Source: Chiloscyllium plagiosum
Taxonomy: Eukaryota
Assembly (NCBI RefSeq): GCF_004010195.1
Contig: NC_057718.1
Span: 48,178,378-48,242,377 of the forward strand
Reading direction: 5' to 3'
Length of the DNA stretch: 64,000 nt
A program made the translations under genes and the position numbers. Of the stretch, positions 1 through 11,429 are shown in pieces (within the stretch, counting starts at the first letter, position 1; the number at the start of each line of letters is the position of its first letter). The notes below the pieces were generated by a model. It searched no databases, had not been told where the DNA came from, and worked only from the letters and a program-made list of their open reading frames with translations.

Positions 1-395
1 ACACCGCGACGGTCGGAGGAGGAGCGTCTTATCTTCCGACTGGGAACCCTCCAACCGCAGGGGATGAACTTGGACTTCACCAGTTTCTTCATTCTCCCTC
101 CCCCCACCTTGTCTCAGCCGGATCCTTCCCGCCCGGCACCGCCTTCCTGGCCTGCAGTCTTCTTCTTGACCTCTCTGCCTCCACCCTACTCCGACCTATC
201 ACCCTCACCTTGACCTCTTTCCACCTATCACATTTCCAACTCCCCTCCTCCAAGTCCCTCCTCCCTACCTTTTATCTTCTCCTGCTGAACACTCTCTGCT
301 CATTCCTGAAGAAGGGCCTGTGCCCGAAACGTCGAATCTCCTGTTCCCTGGATGCTGCCTGACCTGCTGTGCTGTTCCAGCAATAAAGTTTCAAC
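1..395 (+). mobile_element. Penelope-like retroelement, 3' end (C-terminus of GIY-YIG region + pLTR)
   Basis: Start translates to TRRSEEERLIFRLGTLQPQGMNLDFTSF, followed by a C-rich 3' region and pLTR (cattcctgaagaagggc...gcccgaaacgtcg...tgctgcctgacctgctg) shared with 3938-4111 and 6060-6206. Confidence 0.85.
302..337 (+). ncRNA. Minimal type I hammerhead ribozyme motif in Penelope pLTR
   Basis: ATTC-CTGAAGA-A-GGGC-CTGT-GCCC-GAAAC-GTC-GAAT: core CUGANGA/GAAA, 4-bp stem II, GUC cleavage triplet, stem I ATTC/GAAT, palindromic ACGT stem III. Related copies at 3984-4020, 4898-4935(-), 6114-6149, 25703-25738, 36790-36825, 57401-57434. Confidence 0.75.
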
Positions 396-1017
396 AACTG
401 ATTACTTTAATGCCCAACAGATTTTCTGGTGCTTCAGCAAGTTTATGCAGCAATTAAGTGAATCTGGCAGATTCAATTTCCAGTCTGTACTGAGTGAATT
501 TGTCTCAGGTGAGATAAACACATACTATACCTTCCCTCCTCAGTGCCCCTAATGCTTTGTCTGTCTTTAACATTACCAAGTTAGGTGAACATCTGAGTCA
601 GATTGTATGTGTATGCAATATCAAATCCCCTCCTGTGAAGGGCTGAAGATTCAGAACAATCTCAATGTCTCAAGGCTCAACAGAGAGTGATAAAGAATTC
701 TTTTTCAGAGAAACGTCATCTGCTGGATATTCACTGAAGTGAGGGTGATTGGGCAGCCTTCAGGAATAAAGTGTACCCAACTATTCTAGAGATCCATGGC
801 CCCATTTCCAGTTAGCATCAAGAAGGGAAGGAAGGTATGATTTAATCCTGAAACTACTGGAGGAGAAACATTGTCTCTTCAGGGTTTCCTTCAATAGCAT
901 GTCAGTAAAACTGAAGCACAGTACATGCTAAAATATCTACAGGACTGTCCTCTTCAGGTTCAGAGAGCTGTAAGACACTTGAGTAAATCAGAAAGTGAAT
1001 GAATTTCAATCACATAC

Positions 1018-1185
1018 AGATCACAAAGTTGAAGAGATTCCGTGATGTTTCGAAATCTGTAGACAGGCCTGAGTCTACAAGTTCATTCGCCGATTGTAAT
1101 GGCAATAATTGTGGTATCATTTTACTGTCTGCTGTTTGGAAACTTGGAAAAGCTTCAGAGCAGGTTATTGACATAGGTACTGGAT
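1018..1185 (-). pseudogene. Decayed exon, GPS motif region of a polycystin-1-like gene
   Basis: Minus frame reads QTVK*YHNYCHYNRRMNL*TQACLQISKHHGISSTL*S, fitting the GPS pattern Y..C.Y.....W...(G)C.......T.C with W/C codons mutated to stops. Donor TCT|GTATGT at 1018/1017. The upstream part abuts a Gypsy fragment. Confidence 0.5.
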
Positions 1186-1720
1186 AAATCTGCCGTGATT
1201 TGGAACCGTGGGTCTAATGGAAACTTGTGAGGATGGAGTGGTTCTTTGTGATTGGTGGCTCTGGCGTGCATCACACATCCTCATTACTTGTTCGATAATT
1301 TTGCAGTTCCTTGGCCAATGCATAATTTCCCTTGATGTTTGCTCTATGCCCAAATGCTCCTGATCTAACTGTGAAAAGGAGTGCTGGCAAAGGGCTTTTC
1401 TTTGAAAATCATGTCTCGTTAATTTCTGCATGGACTTAGGTATCTTAGGGTGGCTGGTCTCATTGCATCCTATCAAACCATCCTTCTATAAGAACTTTTC
1501 ATTATGCCATTTACCTTGGATCATTATCTGTTCCCTCCTGAAGGTAGTTGCATTTTGGCTGACCAAGTCTCATCAGATCATCACTAAGTGCATCTTTCAC
1601 CTCTTTGTCGATGCTGTCTACCTGTTGGTCCAGTGAAACATCAACAGTTTTGTTGGAATTTGCTCTATCTGCTCAGTGTGTCTGATGCAACCATTTTGCT
1701 ACGTGGTTCGGAAGGAAATT
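1186..1720 (-). mobile_element. Degenerate Gypsy LTR-retrotransposon integrase fragment (H2C2 zinc-binding region)
   Basis: ORF 1165-1476(-) contains QEHLGIEQTSREIMHWP...IEQVMRMCDARQSHQ, matching the H-x-H..YWP..C-x2-C pattern. Confidence 0.7.
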
Positions 1721-1744
1721 CATAATCATATTCCTGGACTTTTA

Positions 1745-2550
1745 TTAGAAGTAGGGACTTTCAACTTCCCCAGTGCTAACTGGGGAAGACAAGGTATAAA
1801 AGGCACAAAGGGGCCTGAATGTTTAAAAAGTATCCAGGAGAGTTTTTTAAGCCAGCACAAAGAAAGTTCTAGAAGAGAGAGGGCAGTGCTGAAGCAAATT
1901 TTAGGGAGAAGCCAGGCACATGATAAAACTGTCAGTGGAGGAACATTTTGAAAGTGACCATAATTTAGTAAGGTTTAAAATAATTCTAAATAAGGACAAA
2001 AGATGGACCGGAAATGAAGATTCTGAATTGGGAGAAGGTTAATTTTAATAAGACAGAGGGAGCAGGTACTTGCTGGATAATCCACATCAAAACAATGGGA
2101 GACATTCAAAAGGATAATTGTGAAAGTGCAGGGTCAACATATTTTTGCAAGGGTGGAAACAACAATTGCAGAAAATGCTGAATGTCAAGGGATGTACAGG
2201 ATTGGATAAGAAAAACAAAAAGAAGCTTATGGTATATACCAAAGACACCAAACAGTGGATGTCCCAGAGAAATTTGGCAGATGGTTGCTTGAAAAGGAAA
2301 TTAGGAGATTGAAACGGGAATATGAGAAAATTCTGGCAGATAACATTCAGGAAAATCCAACGGCAGTTCATAAGAAATTATAAGTAGAAAAGGGGTGAGA
2401 AAATAACCCAGGGAAGAGGAGGGCCCATTAGAGACCAAAGTGGCTGTCTGTGTGTGGACCTGGAAGACGTAACTGGGGATTTAAATAGATACTTTGCATT
2501 TGTATTCACAATAGAAAAGGATGATGTAGTCTAGAAATGAAGGAGGGTGA
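1745..2550 (+). mobile_element. Old CR1 LINE fragment (endonuclease C-terminal part and tether)
   Basis: VGTFNFPSANW...FLSQH...RERAVL, SDHN motif, and ttaaatagatactttgcatttgtattcac (LNxYFxSVFT); homologous to younger CR1 copies in the window. Confidence 0.75.
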
Positions 2551-2779
2551 CTTTTAAAAAAAAGCAGAGCTGGATGATGGACATTTAATTGAATTGCAAA
2601 ATTGGTTCAAATTCAGCTCTGACTCCAATGCTTCAACATCATCAGTAGGAATGTAACTGGGAATATTCTACTTTGTTTGCAAATGGGATACTTTTGATTT
2701 TCCCGTCAAATTGAATGTTGCTTTCTCACATTTGACACAACAGACGGGTCTTACTCAGTGAAGTTGACTAACTGGATGG

Positions 2780-4111
2780 ATATGTGAAACAATCCATCTT
2801 CCGCAACTACACTGGCCCCACACCCCACCTTTTCCTCCGCTACATCGATGACTGTATCGGCGCCGCCTCGTGCTCCCACGAGGAGGTTGAACAGTTCATC
2901 CACTTCACCAACACCTTCAACCCCGACCTCAAATTCACCTGGACAGTCTCAGATTCCTCCCTCCCCTTCCTCGACCTTTCTATTTCTATCTCAGGCGACC
3001 GAATCAACACGGACATCTACTACAAACCGACTGACTCCCACAGCTACCTGGACTACACCTCCTCCCATCATGCCCCCTGTACAAATGCCATCCCATTCTC
3101 CCAATTCCTTCGACTCCGCCACATCTGCTCCCAGGAAGACCAGTTCCAAAAACGCACAACCCAGATGGCCTCCTTCTTCAAGGATCGCAATTTCCCCCCC
3201 CCCGACGTGGTCGACGATGCCCTCCACCGCATCTCTTCCACTTCCCGCTCCTCCGCCCTTGAACCCCGCCCCTCCAACCGCCACCAGGACAGAACCCCAC
3301 TGGTCCTCACCTACCACCCCACCAATCTCCATGTACAGCGCATCATCCGCCGTCACTTCCGCCACCTCCAAACAGACCCCAGCACCAAGAATATATTTCC
3401 CTCCCCTCCCCTATCAGCTGTCCGTAGAGACCACTCCCTCCGCGACCCCCTTGTCAGATCCACACACCCCACCGACCCAACCTCCACTCCCGGCACCTTC
3501 CCTTGAAACCGCANNNNNNNNNNNNNNNNNNNNNNNNNNNNNNNNNNNNNNNNNNNNNNNNNNNNNNNNNNNNNNNNNNNNNNNNNNNNNNNNNNNNNNN
3601 NNNNNNNNNNNNNNNNNNNNNNNNNNNNNNNNNNNNNNNNNNNNNNNNNNNNNNNNNNNNNNNNNNNNNNNNNNNNNNNNNNNNNNNNNNNNNNNNNNNN
3701 NNNNNNNNNNNNNNNNNNNNNNNNNNNNNNNNNNNNNNNNNNNNNNNNNNNNNNNNNNNNNNNNNNNNNNNNNNNNNNNNNNNNNNNNNNNNNNNNNNNN
3801 NNNNNNNNNNNNNNNNNNNNNNNNNNNNNNNNNNNNNNNNNNNNNNNNNNNNNNNNNNNNNNNNNNNNNNNNNNNNNNNNNNNNNNNNNNNNNNNNNNNN
3901 NNNNNNNNNNNNNNNNNNNNNNNNNNNNNNNNNNNNTCCCTCCTCCCTACCTTTTATCTTAGCCTGCTGGACAAACTTTCCTCATTCCTGAAGAAGGGCT
4001 TATGCCCGAAACGTCGATTCTCCTGTTCCCTGGATGCTGCCTGACCTGCTGCGCTTTTCCAGCAACACATTTCCAGCTCTGATCTCCAGCATCTGCAGAC
4101 CTCACTTTCTC
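2780..4111 (+). mobile_element. Penelope-like retroelement, 5'-truncated (RT C-terminal half, gap, pLTR with tail)
   Basis: ORF 2784-3506 has RYIDDCIG, LPFLDLSI, YYKPTDSHSYLDYTSSH and AIPFSQFLRL motifs. 12-bp TSD ctaactggatgg at 2768-2779 and 4112-4123. Confidence 0.92.
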
Positions 4112-4424
4112 CTAACTGGATGGTAGACTTCTCAACACAGTCAAGATTATTATCGCATTCAATGATAAAAGTGGCATGCTGTTCAGTTCATGCTAAGTGA
4201 TTGTGACAGGTCCAAGCCTATAGTTGAGCAGTCTTAACCCAGCAAGAACCAATCTCTTTGCCCTTAGCTATTATCACTGATTCACCATGGTCCCTGTTAA
4301 AACTTGCAAAGGAATCTTCAGAGATTTTAGTGGTTCAGCTGGAATCTGACTCGTGATACCAATGATTCAAACTGTTGAAATGATTGTTACAGTTTTGTAG
4401 GGAAGAGTTTTATTTCTTTATTCT

Positions 4425-4804
4425 TTCATGGAATGTTAGCCTCACTGGAAAAGCCAGCACTTTTTGCTCAGACCCTACTGGCCTTTAACTGAATGGCTTG
4501 AAAGTCTGTTTCAGAGGACAGTTCAGAGTTAATCACATTGCTGTGTGCCTAGAGTCACACGCTAGTCAGACTAGCTAAGGACAGCAGGTTTCCTTGCCTA
4601 AAGGACATCAGTGAATCAGATGGGTGTTTACACCAATCAATGATAGTTTCTTGGTCATCATCACAGAGACTAATCATCAATTCCAGATTTATTAATTGAA
4701 TTTAAATTTCACCAACTGTTGTGGTCTAATTTGAACCCATTGTCACCAGTGCTTTAGCCTGGGGTTCTGAACTGCAGCACTAGCCCAGTTACATTAACTC
4801 TATA
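4425..4804 (-). mobile_element. tRNA-derived SINE (second family), interrupted near its 5' end by a Penelope insertion
   Basis: Reverse strand has a B-box-like gggttcaaat and a body (aaatctggaat...catctgattcactgatgtcctttagg...gtgactctag) shared with 24688-24875 and 44190-44530. Confidence 0.7.
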
Positions 4805-6206
4805 AGGAGAAAGTGAGGTCTGCAGATGCTGGAGATCAGAGCTGGAAATGTGTTGCTGGAAAAGCGCAGCAGGTCAGGCAGCATCCAGGGAACAGGAGAA
4901 TCGACGTTTCGGGCATAAGCCCTTCTCCAGGAATGAGGAAAGTTTGTCCAGCAGGCTAAGATAAAAGGTAGGGAGGAAGGACTTGGGGGAGGGGCGTCGG
5001 AAATGTGATAGGTGGAAAGAGGTCAAGGTGAGGGTGAAAGGTCAGACTGGGGTGGGGGCGGAGAGGGCGGGAAGAAGATTGCANNNNNNNNNNNNNNNNN
5101 NNNNNNNNNNNNNNNNNNNNNNNNNNNNNNNNNNNNNNNNNNNNNNNNNNNNNNNNNNNNNNNNNNNNNNNNNNNNNNNNNNNNNNNNNNNNNNNNNNNN
5201 NNNNNNNNNNNNNNNNNNNNNNNNNNNNNNNNNNNNNNNNNNNNNNNNNNNNNNNNNNNNNNNNNNNNNNNNNNNNNNNNNNNNNNNNNNNNNNNNNNNN
5301 NNNNNNNNNNNNNNNNNNNNNNNNNNNNNNNNNNNNNNNNNNNNNNNNNNNNNNNNNNNNNNNNNNNNNNNNNNNNNNNNNNNNNNNNNNNNNNNNNNNN
5401 NNNNNNNNNNNNNNNNNNNNNNNNNNNNNNNNNNNNNNNNNNNNNNNNNNNNNNNNNNNNNNNNNNNNNNNNNNNNNNNNNNNNNNNNNNNNNNNNNNNN
5501 NNNNNNNNNNNNNNNNNNNNNNNNNNNNNNNNNNNNNNNNNNNNNNNNNNNNNNNNNNNNNNNNNNNNNNNNNNNNNNNNNNNNNNNNNNNNNNNNNNNN
5601 NNNNNNNNNNNNNNNNNNNNNNNNNNNNNNNNNNNNNNNNNNNNNNNNNNNNNNNNNNNNNNNNNNNNNNNNNNNNNNNNNNNNNNNNNNNNNNNNNNNN
5701 NNNNNNNNNNNNNNNNNNNNNNNNNNNNNNNNNNNNNNNNNNNNNNNNNNNNNNNNNNNNNNNNNNNNNNNNNNNNNNNNNNNNNNNNNNNNNNNNNNNN
5801 NNNNNNNNNNNNNNNNNNNNNNNNNNNNNNNNNNNNNNNNNNNNNNNNNNTGTCCAGCAGGGTAAGATAAAAGGTAGGGAGGAGGGACTTGGGGGAGGGG
5901 CGTCGGAAATCCCCCTACCTTGTCTCAGTCAAATCCATCGAATTCAGCACCGCCTTCCTAACCTGCAATCTTCTTCCTGACCTCTCCGCCCCCACCCCCG
6001 TCTGACCTATCACCCTCACCTTGACCTCTTTCCACCTATCACATTTCCGATGCCCCTCCCCCAAGTCCCTCCTCCCTACCTTTTATCTTAGCCTGCTGGA
6101 CAAACTTTCCTCATTCCTGAAGAAGGGCTTATGCCCGAAACATCGATTCTCCTGTTCCCTGGATGCTGCCTGACCTGCTGCGCTTTTCCAGCAACACATT
6201 TCCAGC
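4805..6206. mobile_element. Penelope-like fold-back insertion (antisense pLTR + gap + sense pLTR)
   Basis: 4805-5083 is the reverse complement of the pLTR and 5911-6206 is the sense copy. 15-bp TSD tacattaactctata at 4790-4804 and 6207-6221. Confidence 0.88.
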
Positions 6207-6879
6207 TACATTAACTCTATATCCCATTGGGGTAGCTCATCCTCAACTGCCTTTCTGTGGACCAGGACATTAGCAAAGTCTGGTTATATTCCCTGTGCAG
6301 ACTTACTCCCTTAAAAGGTCACGCTGTAGGAAACTGAGCAGAAATAGAAACAGGAGTTGTAGCTGCAGGAATGCTTACAACTATTGGGTGTTATTAGAGA
6401 AAGGAGGATTATTGAATGTGCAAGCCCAGATTCTCCTTGCTTTTCAACATTTGTTTATGAACTTGACATTATTGAACAATGAATAAAGTGATCTCTGTCA
6501 GAGTGTTTGAAGACTGATTGGATATTCCCTCTCTGATTGAGAGAGTCTATTTCATTGTGATACCTCACAAGTGTAGGTTGGATAAACAACTCAATATAAA
6601 AGTTTGAATCATAGTCACTCAGATTAATAAATGTAAGCTTCCAACTGTCTATGGTTCAACATAGAGTAGGCTGGTCAAATGGAAACTTAGATTCTAAGCA
6701 ACAACAAGCTCTTTCATAATTTACTTTGTCAGCAGTCAAGAAACAAATTTAGGAACAGAAAACAATCCCAATGAGAAGAAAATTGGATGTGATAATACTA
6801 AAGTCAGCATAAGAGACTGACTCGGCGTATGTAGATAAACTTCGGTACAAGGGCTAGATGTTAAGTACACAGAGATTTC

Positions 6880-7307
6880 ACAATCTGTTCATGGGATATC
6901 TGTACATCGCTTAATGTTTTTCATGCCACAACTCTTTTCCCATGCGCTGAACTCTTCAAGATCTAGAAAAAGGATTTAAATTAGAAAAAAGCAATACTTA
7001 TTTCATATCAATATGATTCAAATTTTTACTTAAATTGTATTTTGGATACAATTTTCTAATTTATGCCTCAAAAATACTACTTGAGGGCTTTAGCTGTGAT
7101 TTTCTTTTGAATTTGATCGTGAAATCTGAGCATACGCAGTGTAGCTAAAATACATTGTATCCAAAATACAATTTAAGTAATAGTTTGAATCATATTGATT
7201 TTTCTAATTTAAATCCTTATTTTGGATTTTAAAGAGTTCAGCGCATGGGAAAAGAGTTGTAGCTTGAAAAACATTAAGGATCTACAGCTATCCCGTGAGC
7301 AGATTGT
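6880..7307. repeat. Large imperfect inverted repeat (arms 6880-7052 and 7154-7307, ~100-bp spacer)
   Basis: acaactcttttcccatgcgctgaactct pairs with agagttcagcgcatgggaaaagagttgt, and tacttaaattgtattttggatacaat pairs with attgtatccaaaatacaatttaagta. Confidence 0.9.
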
Positions 7308-7343
7308 AGCTAATTGCCTACTGAATGGAATATTTTTATTTAC

Positions 7344-7553
7344 ATCTCGTTGTTTTCTGCCTGGCAACTTTTATTCAAGTAATTCTGGACAACCACAAGA
7401 CAATTTTCACAATTTCTGCAGGATGCAAATTCATATTGAGTTGCATTTTTAAAGAAAAGTCCAAGAGGGTATGGATTTGTAGGAGACAATGTGAAAATGA
7501 CAGCACTCTGAACACATAGTTGTACCATTTGTGATTCCCACTTCATTACTGAT
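7344..7553 (-). pseudogene. Exon-like block, GAIN subdomain B region of a polycystin-1-like gene
   Basis: Acceptor ttcatgtcatttctccag|A and donor AT|GTAAAT. 210 nt, open in phase 2-2: SVMKWESQMVQLCVQSAVIFTLSPTNPYPLGLFFKNATQYEFASCRNCENC...; the AVIFTLSP..PLGLF stretch resembles PKD1-like GAIN strands. Confidence 0.55.
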
Positions 7554-7724
7554 CTGGAGAAATGACATGAATGATTTAAAGTATCCATATGTGTATGAGA
7601 ATTGAATTCGACTAGCTGTTTAAAGTCAGCAGCTACAGGAGCAGGTCAGATACTGAGAATTCTGTGGTAAATAACTCATTCCTGACTCACCAAAGACTGT
7701 CTACTATTCATAGCCTTGATTATT

Positions 7725-8035
7725 CTTTTATGGAAGAATCTAGAACCAGAGGGCGTAGTCTCAGAATAATTGGATGCCAAATTAAGACTAAGATGAGGAG
7801 GAATTTCTTCTCTCAGAGGGTTATGAGTCTTTGGAATTCTTTGCCACAGAGAGCTTTGGGTCAGATTCCTTGTGTATATTTAAAACTGAGATAGATAAAT
7901 TTTTGATCAGTAGTAAAATTGAGGGCTATGGAGAAAGGATAGGAAAGTAGATCTGAGGAATATTAGATCAGCTATGATCCTACTGAACGGGGGAATCAGG
8001 TTTGAGGAGCTGAATGGCCTATTACTTATATCCTT
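7725..8035 (+). mobile_element. CR1 LINE 3' fragment
   Basis: ESRTRGRSLRI...RRNFFSQRVMSLWNSLP motif and a CR1-type 3' UTR. Confidence 0.85.
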
Positions 8036-8970
8036 ATACTGGGCTGGATTTTACCTAAAACCAGCTAAATATGAACTTCAGGGAGCTTCATAGAGGGTTT
8101 TTTCAGTGAGTTATCTAATGCAATTCTTTACAGCATTATGTATGTACCGCCTCTCTATGGTGCCCCCTGCTGGTAGTATCATGTGCTTACCAGCAGCAAA
8201 GATACTTGCCACTGCTGGGATATCCCAGGATTCCCAGCTCAGTGCCATTTTTAAAATGCAGCTTGTACCAGGTCAAGCAATAGTTAGTCATGAGCTGTCC
8301 TTCACACTTCCTGTGTGTGATGAATTGCCCCAGAAATCATTGAGAAAGGGAAGTTTACACTCCACTTCCCCAACAGAAGTCTGGAGGTCTGATGGGCAGG
8401 GTGGGTCGATTAGCTATTGGAAATGCAGAGTTACAGGGATAGGACTGTGACGGGTCTGATTGGGATGCTCTTTGGAGGGTCACCATGGACTTGCTGGTCT
8501 GAATGGCCTACTTTCATAATGTAGGATTCTGTGATTCAAGGCTGCCTCCTGTACTCTCCACCAGCTCAGAGACTGGCACCTCAGTGGACATGTTAGCAAG
8601 GGTACATTTAGAAATATATTCTGGTGGGCACCAAAGATTAGGCACCTGCACAGCCTCAGACAGGATCCAATGGCCATTCATAACTTCATCCAAATTTGCA
8701 AGCAGACACAGGAGCAGCTGACAGGTTTGTCAGAGGCACTGAGCAAATTGACTGGAAGGTTGGAAAAGTCTGTACCATGCTGCCTCTGATATGTGGTTTG
8801 TCTACCCCCGTGGTTACATTGGTAGCTGTTGATGCTCAGCAACAATTGCAAGGTAACAGGGACAAGGGGCTCCTACACCACTCTAGGTGCCCCTTGCTCC
8901 CTAGAAGAGAGCGTGATGCCAGTGGACACTCCGCAAAAGGAAGAACCACCACATCCAGCTTCTCCAGAAA

Positions 8971-9288
8971 TTAGATTAGATTAGATTACTTACAGTGTGG
9001 AAACAGGCCCTTCGGCCCAAAAAGTCCACACCGCCCCGCCGAAGCACAATCCACCCAAACCCCTACATCTACCCCTTACCTAACACTACGGGCAATTTAG
9101 CATGGCCAATTCACCTGACCTGCACATCTTTGGACTGTGGGAGGAAACCGGAGCACCCGGAGGAAACACACGCAGACACGGGGAGAATGCGCAAACTCCA
9201 CACAGTCAGTCGCCTGAGGTGGGAATTGAACCCAGGTCTCTGGCGCTGTGAGGCAGCAGTGCTAACCACTGTGCCACCGTGCCGCCCA
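8971..9288 (-). mobile_element. HE1/V-SINE-type tRNA-derived SINE, full length
   Basis: Minus strand GGGCGGCACGGTGGCACAGTGGTTAGCAC...GGGTTCAATTCC (A/B boxes), V-domain TGCGTGTGTTTCCTCCGGGTGCTCCGGTTTCCTCCCACA, and a (TCTAA)n tail. Confidence 0.92.
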
Positions 9289-9605
9289 CTAATCTTCTCT
9301 TGGAACACTCCAATGGTGCTCACATTCTCCTCCTCTACTTTTTCCCTGCCTAACATCCTGAACTCTGCAGGAGTTCAAGCTGAGGAGGATAAACTTGCAT
9401 CGGGAAGGATGTACTCAGAACGTTTGGGCCCTCTAACCACAAATGCTTCCAGACCACTGACCAAAAACTCCAATACCAACTGCCCAGCATGGGGCAGGGT
9501 CCCTCCACTTGGAAGCCATATTACAAAGAAAGGTGCAACTGTGGCTCAAAATGCAGCATGGAAGTTAAGAATTTCATTCTAAATGGTCTCCAGGTGTGCC
9601 AAGAT

Positions 9606-9839
9606 GATTAGATTAGATTAGATTAGATTAGATTACTTACAATGTGGAAACAGGCCCTTCGGCCCAACAAGTCCACACCGACCCGCCGAAGCGCAACCCA
9701 CCCATACCCCTACATTTACCCCTTTAACCTAACACTACGGGCAATTTAGCATGGCCAATTCACCTGACCCGCACATCTTTGGACTGTGGGAGGAAACCGG
9801 AGCACCCGGAGGAAACCCACGCAGACACGGGGAGAATGT
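9606..9839 (-). mobile_element. HE1/V-SINE-type SINE, 5'-truncated
   Basis: Near-identical to 8971-9190, with a (TCTAA)n tail; the tRNA head is absent. Confidence 0.9.
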
Positions 9840-10279
9840 GGTGAGGCTGGTATTTGTCCAATTCCTATGTGGGCAGGGCAGCTGAGGTGGTTGTTGCCCA
9901 AGGAGTATACCCCGAGATATGGAGGATTGCTGTTCAAGATGGAGGTCCAGAAAAGCAAGTGGCAAACTGGAACTATTAGATACCTATTCTGACTTTCATG
10001 TTAGGAATTGTCACTGTTTAGTTTTTATCCAGGAGGATGGTGGGAGAATAGGAACAGCATATCAATGAGGCAAGATTAGGCAATAACAGAATATTAATAT
10101 ATGTACACTGTTGCAAACAGGCCTCATACCACTCACTAGCAAGATTCTTGTCCTACCATTTGAAACTTGGTAATAGAATCAGATTTCTTTTCTTGACATT
10201 GACAATCTAATTTCTATTGAGCTTGCTTTCTTTTTCTCATTGACTCACAATTGTCTACTTCATTCAGAGGATGTGAAAA

Positions 10280-10760
10280 GTCAGCTAATTTAATTTATCA
10301 GACCAGCACCTTGCTCAATTCAAGCCAACTACCCAACAAGCAATTCTCCAAAAGTTGCAATAAGTAGCAATGAAGGTATGACCTGAAAACATCAAGAACA
10401 TACATTTTACCCTAAGACTGTATTGGGCAAACAGGGATGAATTGACAGATCAAGATGGCATATTGTAGAAAGGATTTGGAATATTTATCATTAAAGTGTA
10501 TCCATGCAAATCACCTTGGAATCAAATCAATTCTGAGGAAGGCAAGAGATGTGCCCGGTTATACTGGCCTAGCATAAGCAATAAAATTAAGGACGACATC
10601 AGCCAGTGCAGAGCTTGTATTGAGTACAAAGCTAAGCAAACTAGGGAGCTTGTAATGATACATGACACCGCAGTTGACTATGGATAAAACCAAGAGTAGA
10701 TTTCCTCCCAATTGCAGTATTTGATTATCTTGTCACCATTGATTACGATTCTAACTAGTG
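10280..10760 (+). mobile_element. Degenerate Gypsy integrase fragment
   Basis: LRLYWANRDELTDQDGIL...HANHLGI...RLYWPSISNKIKDDISQCRACIEY across frameshifts. Confidence 0.75.
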
Positions 10761-11429
10761 AGAAGCAACCTCCTTCAGAAAGAACCATCACCAAGGTCAA
10801 CAGCCAATGACATGTTCCATAAAGAGACTGGCTCAATTTAAAGATTATGCATGCAGATGAGAATAATGAACTGCAAATGCATAAGAACAATTGTGTGCAT
10901 GATGGGTAACTTGGGTAGCTCACAGCGTTAATGATGATAATTACAAATTTTTTTATATAAAAAGGGGATGCTTGGGATAGAAATACAATGCCATTAATAA
11001 TGTACCGTCAGGTTTGCTGGAATCATATGACCTCTACCATGATTGATGCAGGCATCAATCATGGAGCAATTCAGTGAAAACACATTATAAGCTACATTGC
11101 TGTCCTGAAAGTTCATACCAATTTCAGCATGTTGTTCCAATAATGGTACTGGAGTGTGCAACAGTTGTAGCTTTTCACTGTATTTTCCCTTAAATATAAG
11201 TGATAATAAGTCATTCATTCAATAAGCACTCTAACTTGCTATGTAGATGCTAAGTAGTCAATACTGCAAGGAAACATGGGAAACTTTCTAACATAGCTGG
11301 ATGGATCAAGGTGACATCATCACCTTCCCAAAAGTCTGCCAAAAGAGTGGGAATCAACATGCTCAATTGCAATGGATTGTACAAGATGTGGTTCCAAAAA
11401 AATGTAATGAAGATCCAGCAACGATTCTA

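Noticed and set aside
2848..3371. Pro/Ser/Thr-rich and Gly/Val-rich alternative-frame ORFs
   Set aside because: They are by-products of the C-rich Penelope RT coding strand.
5851..5910. Second copy of the antisense pLTR segment right after the gap
   Set aside because: It duplicates 4946-5004 across an N-gap and may be a scaffolding overlap, so it is not treated as a real tandem structure.
3503..5980. Long ORFs running through poly-X (also 50923-54886)
   Set aside because: They are artefacts of N-gaps being read as open frames; only the flanking parts are informative.
8971..9288. tRNA-like A/B boxes
   Set aside because: These are SINE heads followed by a V-domain and tail; I found no free-standing tRNA gene.
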